A DNA stretch of 63,541 bases, counting the filler, from Octopus bimaculoides (taxonomy: Eukaryota), in the NCBI RefSeq assembly GCF_001194135.2. It is 8 parts of 7 records of this genome, joined end to end, with 100 filler letters (N's around TTAATTAATTAA, not from the genome) between each part and the next. Parts side by side here need not be neighbours in the genome. Positions count along the whole stretch, not along the records: positions 25,626 to 26,881 come from NC_068987.1; positions 26,982 to 36,527 come from NC_068983.1; positions 36,628 to 41,472 come from NC_068989.1; 5 more parts are not named here. One strand, given 5' to 3'. Position 1 is the stretch's first letter. Each line of letters opens with the position of its first letter. The position numbers were made by a program, and so were the translations under genes. Below, piece after piece: positions 26,247-38,850 of the stretch. The notes beneath the pieces are model-generated. The model saw only the letters and a program-made list of their open reading frames with translations, was not told the origin of the DNA and did not search any database.

Positions 26247-26835
26247 CACCTCTCTCCCTTTCTCCACACACATACACACGTACACACACACACATACACA
26301 CACATACACACACACGCGTACACACACATGTACACACACACATGGACACATGCATACATACATACATACATACATACATACATACATACATACATAGAAC
26401 CTCTCTCCCTTTCTCCACACACATACACACGTACACACACATGTACACACACACATGGACACATACATACATACACACATACACACATACATACATACAC
26501 TCATACATACATACATAGAACCTCTCTCTCTTTCTCCACACACATACATACGTACACACACACATACACACACATACACACACACGTACACACATGTACA
26601 CACACATGGACACATACATACATACATACATACATACATACATACATACATAGAACCTCTCTCCCTTTCTCCACACACATACACACGTACACACACATAC
26701 ACACGTAGACACACATACACACGTACACACACATGTACACACACACATGGACACATACATACATACATACACACATACACACAAACACACATGCATACAT
26801 ACATACATACATACATACATACATACATAGAACCT
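26247..26835. repeat. Higher-order minisatellite, about 120-170 bp unit x4-5, built from CA/TACA microsatellites
   Basis: The anchor ACCTCTCTCCCTTTCTCCACACAC recurs at about 26247, 26399, 26519 and 26655, with a partial copy at 26830. Confidence 0.9.
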
Positions 26836-26981
26836 CCAGCTTCTATATCCAGACTATGAATTCATATTCATAGCAATAATANNNNNNNNNNNNNNNNNNN
26901 NNNNNNNNNNNNNNNNNNNNNNNNNTTAATTAATTAANNNNNNNNNNNNNNNNNNNNNNNNNNNNNNNNNNNNNNNNNNNN

Positions 26982-27181
26982 TTTATGCATTGCTGGCAGG
27001 TGTTTTAACCAGAAATTGGGGATCTTGTCGTGTCCAGGTGCCTTCCAGTTGCTTAGTCTTTGCAGTGTCTGGGTTACCTCTTCAGTTGTTATAGGGGCCC
27101 AGAGTTGCTCAGGTGCTAAGTTCGTTGTTTTAATGGTCCTTTTCTGGGGTTGTTGCTTCACCGACCATATTTGTTTCCAGA

Positions 27182-27182
<1 letters not shown>
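26982..27182 (-). mobile_element. R4/Dong-like LINE, pre-RT fragment
   Basis: ITTEEVTQTLQRLSNWKAPGHDKIPNFWLKHL is a typical R4/Dong pre-RT KAPG.D motif. Abuts (TAA)/(CAA) repeats and a gap. Confidence 0.8.
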
Positions 27183-27229
<47 letters not shown>

Positions 27230-27233
27230 CATT

Positions 27234-27265
<32 letters not shown>

Positions 27266-27380
27266 AATTATCATTATTAAAATAAATTAAAATGAGTTCT
27301 GCTATTATTCCAATTTTTAAAAAATTAAGATTTACTTGTCTGACAAATAATTTGAACTGAGACCATGTGTTGGAACTTAA

Positions 27381-27672
27381 CCTATTACCTCCCATAATTC
27401 TATTAACTGGAATTTCTTTTTATGAAACTTTGATTTCTAGCATAAAATAGCCTTAGAAACACGCTGGAATGATCAAAATAACATTTCAAAATAACATTTT
27501 AAATAGAAATAAGCGAGATATTGGGTGAAAAATTAGCAAACCTCATTTGAATATCAGAGAAATATACCTAGTAGATATAGCAAAAAGGTTAGATATGTGT
27601 AAATATTGACAGATAATTACGAAATTTGTAATTTTTAAGTGATCTCATATGAGATCACTGGTAGGTAATGGG
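27381..27672. mobile_element. piggyBac-type MITE (TTAA TSD)
   Basis: TTAA|CCTATTACCTCCC ... GGTAGGTAATGGG|TTAA; internal perfect 22-bp palindrome at 27638-27659. Confidence 0.7.
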
Positions 27673-29923
27673 TTAAACGATTACAGCGTGGAAGACATAT
27701 ATCAACCATTCAAAAACGCGCGAGAACTTTTAACTTCACTCAAAAACACTGTTACAGTGGAAGTCTGTTAGTGACCAGCTCGCAGTTAGCGCCACGAACA
27801 ATTTGACACCAATAAATCATTGTGTCAGTGAAGTTAACAGTCCTGTATTCAGTTTCTGAATGGCCAATACGTGTTTTCCACACTGAATTGTTTTATTACA
27901 TTTAACTAAAGGTACATTGTCCTGTCGAGCAGTAGCAATTTGTCACAGAACCATAATGTTATTTTGGATCTTACTTTTGGAAACACTACACCATAAAGCT
28001 ATATGTTAGTGCTTCTCCTGTCCTGTTTATACAATTAATCATTAAATTAATGGTTTAACGAATGTAATTTGGCTTCTATTTTTAGGTTTGTAGTGTTTCA
28101 ATAAATGTATTTCCTATGTAAAGTAACTGACATAGGGTTGCAGCGCATGAAACAGTTTAAGAAAGACATTATTGACACTTAGCAATTTATATAAAATAAG
28201 TTAAGTAAAATTATATTAGTATATGGTGACCACAAAGGTAATTTACCATTGGAGCAATAATAAAGTTGTAATGAATATCATCAGTCAAAGGCTGAAGCAG
28301 AGTCAGCATAGAAATTGGATATAAAAGTGGTAAAAGCTGTGATCGTAGTTAAGAAAATCGACTGCCACAAGCCAACAAAAGAACCCTCATATGGTGGTTT
28401 GATCTGCTAAACGTAGCAGCCAAATCTTTCTTAAATTACACCCTGCCTTTGATAACATACACTTATTGTATGTTAAGGCCTGGAAGAATATTGAGGGCGA
28501 GATAGTGAGGAAGTTACTGTATGTCAGTGAGATAGTCTTTATGAACTAGGGAAAGTGGCTATGGGCCACTCAATGAGTTAGGAGGGAGACTCAATGAGTT
28601 AGGAGAGCTATCGAGTAGCTCCTTTAGCTATCGAGGAAACGTCTATAAACGAGTGAGGGAAAAACAGTAAAAGAGCCTGCATAAATTAGAATGGGAGCCT
28701 CTGAGATTCATTTCAGTGGAAGAACATACAAGTGTTAGTGAGTGAGTCTATGAACTTGAGAGAAAGTTTGTAGGAGCTAGTGTTGGAGCCTCTATAAACC
28801 AACAAGGGAGCCATTATGAATCAGGGAGGTAACCTCTATAAGCGAATGGGGATTTCCTATAAAATACGAGAGAGCCTCTATGAGTCATCACGGTTTGTGC
28901 CAATTGTGTTTTTATTTATTTATTTGTATGTATTTCAGAAACATCTAAGAACCTCTAGATATTATCAAAAACTATAAGCGTGCGAAGTAACCACCGTAAG
29001 CCATCGAGAGGACCTAACTGACTCGGTCATGATCAATGAGAACTTCATTGATCACTAGCGTGAATCAGTGGCGTTTTCTCTCTCTGAGTTGGCGATAAAG
29101 CTTGCATGAGCCAGCGAGTAGACCTGTAGTTGTCGGCTTACCTGCTAGAAATAGCAAAACTTTCCTCGTGATACTTTATTCTCTTATAAGAGAAGGTATG
29201 GTCACGGATTAAATGCCTTTGTTCATACGTCATAGGTCTGCTTATTCAGGGTTGGCCTGGATTTAGATAACACCACCAACAACAGAATAACAACAGCAAC
29301 ATCAATAACCGAAACTATTGACTTTCCAACATGTTAGCAGAAACGTATTTCATGTTTGGATTTTGAAATATAAAGGGAGGGCAATTGACATTCAGTAACA
29401 CATCACCATCGATAATAACATTGTAAGCAAACGTTGCAGACTTTACCAGGGTGACTGGATCGATTTCATCATATGATGGAGTTCGTTGTTTTCAAAAAGC
29501 ATCGGATCGTGTCGGGAAGCACACAAACACGCACACACTCACATACACGCACACACACACATACACACACACGCACACACGCACACACGCACACACACAC
29601 ACACACACACACGCACACACGTACACACACACGTGCACACACACATACACACACATTAACGCACACGCACACATACACACACACGCCCACAGATACACAC
29701 AAACAATAGAGATTAACGTTTGACGGAACTGAAGTTAAACAACATCATAAGGAAAATATGTCATGCGCACCACTGGATCACGAACGTTTTTCTATGAAGC
29801 AAATACGCAATAGATCTTTTTCAATAGACATAGTGCAGTCTATGCTTAGCTATCCTAAGTGCTAGAAGAGAAACCAAATCCTCCCTTAAATCACCCACTG
29901 CCATTTAAAAGGAACGCAACAGA

Positions 29924-31834
29924 GCACAATGTAGTTCTACTCAGTGATGTCTTAAAGCTTGGACAATCTAGCAGCTACCCGGGGTCCTTATGTGTGAGGT
30001 CCACCGGGTAGCTGCTATCTATACTGTAGCATGCTGGCAATAGATAAATGGTATAAAGTCCAGTGCAGTGAGTTGCCCGGTGACATGATTTTTTATAGAA
30101 TTACTCATATTTTCTAGTGGAAATTACCACCCGTACAAGAAACTTTGGAACACCTTACCGTTATACATAAGGACTGTAGCTATCAGCAGAACATAAGGAA
30201 TTTAAGCGTGTATGAAATCGTAAGAAATTGATTCCCAATAAATGTTTATAAAAGGAACACAAACGGAAACGTCTGAGAATGTCAGAGGATTCTGTGAATC
30301 ACCAAGTACAACGAAAATATTGTATATTTATGCAGTCGTGAAGTAGCGAACATCGAAATTATTGGAAAGTCGTATTATATAATGAAGTTATTGGTAATAT
30401 ATCTAACGCAGAGAGAATTAAAACACTAACTAGAAATAAATATGCGACGAAGTATGGTTCTACATGTGTTATTTCTAACAGAAAAAAAGTAAAACGCAAT
30501 GACTACGGCTGAAATATTCGTAGGTTTGCTCGTTTAGACTGAAACTAGGGTTAAACAACTACAACAGCAGCAGCAGCAGCAGTAGCAGCAACAACAACAA
30601 CAGCAGTATTAGCAATGCGCTGGCACTCTATGTCATTTGCCTACAAATTGATTAATTACTGGATTTCACCACTTTCAAGCAGATAATACAAGAATAGAAA
30701 CCGAATTGCGGATTCCGTTCACAGGAAGCACTTACCACTTTCATTATTGCACTGGCTACACGTAGTATAAACACAAATAGGAAGGAATATCGATTTGAAT
30801 ATTTTTCATTAAAACCACCTGAGCATTCATCGCAATAACGTAATCAAATAAACGCTGAAATAAAAATGATATGTCACCCGATGTTGTCTATGCGCATGGG
30901 TATATGTGTAAGTGTAATTATGTACGAGCTTGTATGTGTGCGCGAGTATATATGCTAGCATGTATGAACGTATGGATGGATGTGTGTAGCTAAGTGATAT
31001 GTCGAGAGAAGAAAAATCGTGTGTGAACAAGTGCTGAAGTGCAGGTGTGTCAAATAATATGGTTTAATATATATGTTTCAAGTATTTGTAAATGTGTGAG
31101 TGATATTTCCTGTTCATAGTATTTCGTTAAAAAGCTAATCTACGTATATATATGAGTGCAGTTATTTCTATGTATGTATGTATGTATGTATGTATGTATG
31201 TGTTTGCACGAATATATGTCTGTCTGTGTCTAAATGAAAGCGAGATGTTTACTTTAAGTTGAGTATATTTCTGTGCACGTGTGTCACAACGTTTCAATTT
31301 GGTGGTATGTGTAAGATAAATTTTCTTCAAGTGGAGACCAAATTGAAATATTCTATTGAGAGCCACAGTTTTAATTATTTTTTATATTCTTTTTTATAAA
31401 TATTCATATAATATATTGTTTTATGTTTTGTTTTGTGCCAATCGTGTTTTTATTTATTTATATGTCTATCTTCTCTTCATTTGCAATGCTGAATTGAAAA
31501 TTATTGAAAATTCCCGATTGGTTTAATAAATATTCTAATCATTTGAACGGCCACTCGTTTTAAAGAATTTCTCGTATATTTTGAAACAGGCCTTGGTCAA
31601 TATCTGAAAATGTTTACACATGGAAGTAAACAAGTTTGAATTGTGTAGCATGATTATGAACATTGCAACAAGCAATAACTGTGTTGTTGTTGTGTGTTTA
31701 CACATGAGTATATTTGTACGATTATGTATGTGTATAAATATGTATATGCATATAATTCATACATATACACGCATACATATATNNNNNNNNNNNNNNNNNN
31801 NNNNNNNNNNNNNNNNNNNNNNNNNNNNNNNNNN

Positions 31835-31866
<32 letters not shown>

Positions 31867-33281
31867 TGTTTCTTCATACAATGTGGTTTGAGGCCTTTAT
31901 TTTCTTTATTATTTGTTCTGATAGCAATGTTATAAATATTTATATTATTGAGATCGAAGCAATAGCAAAATAGAAGTATAAAAAATAAATAACTGGATTA
32001 ACCTTGCAGTACTTAGTTTTATACCGATTTATTCTGATTTCGAATCCCGCTGGGAAATATTTCGTCACATCGCTGCAATAAAGCACCTGTAGCACTGTCA
32101 ACTGCTCCTACACCTATATCTTTCTGAGATGTAAGGAATCTATAATTATAAAACCAGTAAAAGAAAAAAAAAAATCTATTGAAAGTGTAAAAATTTGGTA
32201 TTTTTAAAAAATGATTTTGTAAAAATACTTGAAGTCGAGTTATCAGTTTGTGGCTGGAGGATGTTTCAAGATTTAAATTTGGTTGCAGTCTGGTAAAGAA
32301 GCTCTTCAATGATCTTATCAAGAAATGTATCAAGAGTTTCTTTAAAATGTTGCGATCAGAACTGTTTTAAAATTACTTTATAGTTAACTAGTTAAAATGT
32401 AGATGACTTCTAAAAGAAAGGAGACTAATTTCAAAAGTATTATATTACTTACATTGTGCATACAGATATAATAAATATTTAGCAGTCTTCGTTTGAATAT
32501 ATTGTAATATTTGTAGTTTTCAGAAAGACATTTCAATATTAAGTAGTTTTATTATATTTTAATTACGTTCATTTTGTAATTAAATTATTTATTTATTCTC
32601 TGTTGTAGTTTTACACGAAATAATTTTATTTTTCCTTACACCAAGTGTACTGTCTTTTATTACTATTTCGAGAATTATGTGACGTCTATGCTTTACTGAT
32701 GAGATCATACATCCGGAGTTTTACCCCGTATTTGTCGAAATAATTAAAATAATAATATTGTCTAATATTCTTTTTTGTTTTACTTCGTCACATATTTATT
32801 TCTAGTTAGTGTTTTAATTCTCTCTGCGTTAGATATATTATCAATGACTTCATTATATAATACGACTTTCCAATAATTTTGATGTTCGCTACTTCACGAC
32901 TGCATAAATATACAATGTTTTTGTTGTACTTGGTGATTCACAGAATCCTGTGACATTCTCAGACGTTTCCGTTTGTGTTCTTTTTATAAACATTTATTGG
33001 GAATCAATTTCTTATGATTTCATACACTCTTAAATTCATTATACTCTGCCGATAGCTATCGGCATGTATGACGGTAAGGTGTTCCAAAGTTTCTTGTACG
33101 GGTGGTAATTTCTACTAGAAAATATGAGTAATTTTATAAAAAAATCATATGTCACTGCACTGGACGCTATACCATTTATCTATTGTCAGCATGCCACAGT
33201 ATAGATAGCAGCTACCCGGAGGTCTTCATACATGCGGATTGTCCAAGATTTAAGACATCACTGAGTAGAACTGCATCGTGC
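29924..33281. repeat. Long inverted repeat pair: arms 29924-30454 and 32781-33281, about 2.3 kb spacer (foldback-like)
   Basis: The arms align in reverse complement over about 500 bp with scattered substitutions and small indels (e.g. GAAATTACCACCCGTACAAGAAACTTTGGAACACCTTACCG). No TSD found. Confidence 0.9.
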
Positions 33282-34353
33282 AAATAGAAATTTATAGTGG
33301 CATTAAATCGAATTAAAAGTTATAAACAGTTTGTTCTTGACCTTCATCTATGTATGGTTATTCATTCCACGAAAAACTGCAAGCCTACTACTTATCCGCA
33401 TGTTTTATTACTGATAATAAAATACAGTTTTTCATTCAAAACGTCGCTCTACCTCAGACCAGCTTCGATAAAACTGGCCTTGCTAAATTCAACGGCTTCA
33501 CATTACAGGGGTTTAGGCATAAAATTGTATCGAAATAGAAGGAATTTTGCATTAGTATCATATTAGGCATATTTAATCCGTATGATAGTGGGTTTAATTT
33601 TCTTGAATCCGAAAGTTTTAAGGAGTAAAGGCCTCAAGATAAAAGATAACATTTAAGAATGTCAAGCTACATAAAATGAATCCCCATCTTAATTCTTTTA
33701 TTCACAGAATGTATAAAGTCTTAATAGGTAACGATCAGTATCCTTGAGCGATACTGTTTTATTCCTTTTAGGAATCGTTTCAGGCGGCATTATGATTCCA
33801 TTCAGCGAGAAGACTTGCATACTGTAGCATATATGCAAATAACTATATAGGATTTCAGTAAACGAGATAATATAATTTGCTAAAGGATATATCGCTACAT
33901 TTCATGTGAAACTGTGAAAGATAATTTACAAAGTTTGGTGAATAGGAATGTAAAAAAAATATGAAGACCGTTAAATACGAAGCATACCCTTTACGCCATT
34001 TACAAAGACTTGTAATTCAGTGACGACTGCTTAGTATGCTGCTTGATAATATCATGTAACCACAGCAACAGTTCATACGATCTCGTTTTCCTTCAAACTC
34101 AGATACATAGATACATAGATAAATGGAAACAAACGCAGGCATATATATATATACGAGAGCACGATAAATTCAGCATTAGTGTTCAGAAAGAATGAAAACA
34201 TTTACTATTCGTTAATACGAAGCAATCTTTCCTGCTATATTCTTCTCAAATCATGTGTCTTTCAAAGAAATGAGATGATACGATTTAAATAATCTAAAAA
34301 CCTCATATAAATAGTCATAAAGGTTTGACAGAGGAGATGATATAAGACTATAG

Positions 34354-34416
34354 TTTATTGTTCTAAAACGAAGAGGCGATGATATACACGTTGCCGCTTA
34401 GGTTTAGAACAATAAA
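34354..34416 (+). ncRNA. Pre-miRNA-like hairpin candidate
   Basis: Perfect 14-bp basal stem (TTTATTGTTCTAAA/TTTAGAACAATAAA), a CGAAG/CTTAG partial stem, a GGCGATG/CGTTGCC stem with G-U pairs and a 7-nt loop; about 63 nt. No known miRNA recognised. Confidence 0.2.
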
Positions 34417-34739
34417 ATGATTTGTAAGAAGCAGCCATATTGAATATTATAACTATTAATGAATGGACATTAAACAGCTTTTATGATACTTACTCTGATT
34501 CGAAATTGTAAATCACATGTTCTCAATATTGGAACCAATATGCTAAGGCATAACAATAAGTGAACTAATAAAATAAATACTTTTATTCATACTTGATTCT
34601 AGCTCGCATTTGTAATATATATTTAAAGATGAGGTAAGCTATAGAGAAGCATGTAGCTAGTTCTGTTGCTTAGTTAATGTTTATTTATCAATAAATTCTA
34701 TCCAAACAGTTTTAGTCTCCATTATATCATAGGTGTATG

Positions 34740-35700
34740 TGTCAAGTCCCTACTCACTGGCACTCCATCTGGGGTTATGCAGTTGAACAGCAATTCTGCA
34801 TAGTTTGATGTTACAATGGCGGGTGTCAAGCGGGGCTGCGTGCTGTCACCCATTATTTTTACAATATCTGACACCACTACTCGTGTAGATTTTCTGCAAA
34901 TTCAATGAAAGTATATACGCACACATAACAATTGATGTCAACCTATTTAAAACGCAACGTCATAAAAGCTAACACTGAGACTTCGAGAGAGAAATACAGT
35001 CAGCTGGCGACTGTGCCATTGCCTCATGTAGCTCAGAGGATATATAGAGTCTGGTGGATGCTTTTGGTGTCGTAGTTCGACTCCAATATGAAACTGATGC
35101 AAGCTAAGTGGCAAAACCTGTATCCATCATCATCGAAAGGCGAAAGCTGGTACGGGCAAAGTGTTTTGCCTATCTGTTAAGTACAATCAGGAGTGATGGT
35201 AAACTCAGTGAAAATGTAGATCGTAAAATCAACATACAAAATGCCAAGTCGGCATTCGGAATGGTAAGACAACTCAGGGACGACAACCTCATTATAGACT
35301 AAGTAAAGTACAGTCTATTGTGAGCAATTATCCACAATACTTTAGAGAGCTCAGGTATGGGCATTAAATCGTAAATAGATAATAAGTGATTGCATGCATT
35401 TATGAGGAAACACCTGAGAGAATTAATGGATATTATCTGTAAAGATGTGTTCAGAAATCCCTCATCCTGGGAAATGCTAAAATCCATAGCATATAAGAGA
35501 TATTGGTGCAGCGAAGCTTCCGCTGGCTGTGATACGTCCAAAGAATGGAGAAAACTCTTATCCAGACTAAAACTATTTTCACAGCTGAAAAGTGGTGAAA
35601 GAAATAAGGTAAAAGTTTCACTTAAAAACTGAGCCCACAACAAAAACTCAAAAGACAAAGAACCATCATTCCCTCCATCCAGACTCAAGTGAAAGGTTTC
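34740..35700 (+). mobile_element. RTE/BovB-like LINE RT remnant
   Basis: GVKRGCVLSPIIF at about 34820, a degenerate ADDCA motif at about 35005, and FAYLLSTIRSDGKLSENVDRKI..AKSAFG. Confidence 0.75.
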
Positions 35701-36486
35701 TAGAAGAGTTCTAAGCAAGTTATTGATGAAACTTATCTTATATATATCCGCTAAATTGTGCCTTGAAGGACTAGCAAAACAGAACTATTTCTCCTCCTCT
35801 TCTCTTTTACTAATTATTTTCTCGTTTTCGTTAAGCTGTTTATTGTTTAATTTACATAAATTCAATGTTTTATAAGAACAAAAATTTCAACAATTGACAA
35901 TAGTTAAATTTTATTTAGCTGCAGCTGATGCCCAGTGCTTCAGGCAAGAACGAAACAATACATTTCTTTAAAAAATTCTAATTGAATACTTTAACAAATT
36001 TACTGATGCATATACCATTCGATTTCTTTAGACATGTACAGGAATATATTTAATATCCTTATTAGGTAAAACTGTCAAGCTCCATTGACCGCAAGCACCT
36101 GCAAACAGATTGAATAGTAACAAGAAACTTGTGTTTTTTCTCTACTTCAAACTGGCTGTCTGCCATTGCACTGTTTCCGTTTTATGAAAAAGGTGGTAAC
36201 TTAACGTCTGCATCATATTTAATATGTGTACACAATTCTTGCAAATACATAAATATACACAAATAACTCAGTAAAAAAAATCACACAAAGATACATTTAT
36301 ACACACACATACACACACACATACACATGAAGATATACAAATAAACATCGTCACACATATATACTCACACGCAAACACATACATACTGAAAAAGAAAACG
36401 CGTAAGCCAGTGATCACACATGAATATATACACAAATGCACTCATAAATGCAATTACACATACACAAACGTATAAGCACACACACG

Positions 36487-36527
<41 letters not shown>

Positions 36528-36627
36528 NNNNNNNNNNNNNNNNNNNNNNNNNNNNNNNNNNNNNNNNNNNNTTAATTAATTAANNNNNNNNNNNNNNNNN
36601 NNNNNNNNNNNNNNNNNNNNNNNNNNN

Positions 36628-36667
<40 letters not shown>

Positions 36668-37019
36668 ATATGTCTGTGTGTGTGTGTGCATATTCAAATA
36701 CGTGTGATTGTACGTGTGTACGAATATGCGCATGTGTGTGTGTGTGTATATACTCATTAGGTTTTTACTGGTTCCAGCCAGTTGATTGCAGTTGTACACA
36801 AATACTGCCATTAACTACGGCATACACTTTGTTCTGAGTTTTATATTTTGTGAATGAGGGCTGGGGCAGGGGCAGTTTGATGTCATTGTTCATCCGGTAT
36901 CTCGCACAATACAAGCTACAAGTATTGCTTGAATGCAAATACACTCTGCGTTGTTTTATAATGACCACCATTCCCATAATACTCACGCAGGTTATTGAAA
37001 GACTGGGGAGTCACCGACA

Positions 37020-37210
37020 TCTTTTATCTTCTATCTTTTGTCCGTTAATTGTTTCGGCCATTAGACTGCGGCCATGCTGGTGCACCGCCTTCAAGAGTTT
37101 TAGTCGAACTAATCAACCACAGGCCTTTTTTTTATTTTTATAAAGGCTACTACTTATTCTATCGTTTTCTGTTTTTGTTTTTTGCCGAACCACTCAGTTA
37201 CAAGGGTAGA
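37020..37210 (+). mobile_element. Short interspersed repeat (ACTGCGGCCATGCTGG family)
   Basis: Inverse copies at about 40270-40380 and 44470-44560. Confidence 0.6.
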
Positions 37211-37278
37211 AACTAGCGAACACCTGATGTCAAATGTAGTGGGTTCAAACACAGACACAGACACACACACACACACAG

Positions 37279-37321
<43 letters not shown>

Positions 37322-37377
37322 CGCACGCACGCACGCACACGCACACATACATGTATGTACATATACATATATATATA

Positions 37378-38248
37378 CGAGGTTTGATCAATAAGTATCC
37401 AGACTGTTGCCATAGTAACGAAGCTTAAGCACGCAAAGTGTAGCCTCTTACTACAGATTGATATTGAACTCTTCTGTGCATGCGCACTTAGTTTTAACGT
37501 TCTAGTTCACATCCACTGTTTACAGCAGTGCTTGAAAGGAAGGTGCGTAGCGTGTGATCGTCGCATTCACCATGACAGAGAAAGTTGTAATGATGATATC
37601 TCCTCAGCGACACACACAAAATTATATGGCGAAGAGTGTATGAGCCGCACACAAATGTACGCGTGGATTAGACTTTTCGAAGATGGCCGAAAAAATGTCG
37701 ATATTGACAAACGTTTTGGGAGACCCGTAACCAGTAGAACTAAAAAAAACATCGCAGCTGTGAGAGGAAATCGTCGAATCACCGTCTGTGAGTTATCAGA
37801 AGATTGCAAATTAGTTACGGTTTACTTCAGTCCATTGTCACTGCCGATTTGGGTATGAAACTGGTGTCTGCTTAGTTTGTGTCCAAACTGTTTTCAGCCG
37901 ACCAAGAAGACATTCGGGTTTCATTTGCACAAAATCTCCTTGATTGTGTCGTGAACGATGAAAACATTTTGAAAACTGCGTAAGCCCGTGAGCAGGTATC
38001 ACCAAGCTTTCGGCAAAATTCGATGCAGAATATTTGCTCAGCTTTCTCTGTCATGTACAACGCGACGATTACACGCTTCACACCTTCCTTCCAAGCACTG
38101 CTGTAAACAGTGGAAGTAAGCTAGAACGTTAAAACTTAGTGCGCATGCACAACAGAGTTGAAGGTCAATCTGTGCTAAGCGGCTTTACTCTGTGTGCTTT
38201 AGCTTCGTTACTATATCAGCAGTCCGGATACATTGTGATCGGACCACG
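37378..38248. mobile_element. Mariner-derived element with two inverted 5' ends (about 200-bp arms), TA flanks
   Basis: 37378-37582 is the inverted counterpart of about 38030-38248; both arms run into the transposase start (MTEK). The plus-strand interior encodes YGEECMSRTQMYAW..FEDGR..GRPVTS..VSA.FVSKL. Confidence 0.85.
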
Positions 38249-38293
<45 letters not shown>

Positions 38294-38619
38294 NNNNNNN
38301 NNNNNNNNNNNNNNNNNNNNNNNNNNNNNNNNNNNNNNNNNNNNNNNNNNNNNNNNNNNNNNNNNNNNNNNNNNNNNNNNNNNNNNNNNNNNNNNNNNNN
38401 NNNNNNNNNNNNNNNNNNNNNNNNNNNNNNNNNNNNNNNNNNNNNNNNNNNNNNNNNNNNNNNNNNNNNNNNNNNNNNNNNNNNNNNNNNNNNNNNNNNN
38501 NNNNNNNNNNNNNNNNNNNNNNNNNNNNNNNNNNNNNNNNNNNNNNNNNNNNNNNNNNNNNNNNNNNNNNNNNNNNNNNNNNNNNNNNNNNNNNNNNNNN
38601 NNNNNNNNNNNNNNNNNNN

Positions 38620-38662
<43 letters not shown>

Positions 38663-38699
38663 ACAGATAGATAGATACATACATACATTCATACATACG

Positions 38700-38850
38700 A
38701 CGGGCTTCTTTCAGTTTCCATCTACCAAATTGACTTGCAGGGCTTTGGTCGGCTCGAAGCTATAGTATAAGACACTTGTCTGAGGCACTGCTCAGTAGGA
38801 CTGAACCAGGAACTGTGTGGTTGAGAAGCAAACTTCTTACCACCCAGCCA
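38700..38850 (-). mobile_element. tRNA-derived SINE, third family (fragments also at about 90-190 and 19680-19790)
   Basis: Minus ATAGGCGCAGGCGTGGCTGGGTGGTAAGAAG..GGTTCAGTCC..GACAAGTGTCTTATACTATAGC. Confidence 0.75.

Noticed and set aside
26180-26860. CRISPR-like array
   Set aside because: Eukaryotic context; the 'spacers' are the same microsatellites in every unit, so it is a minisatellite.
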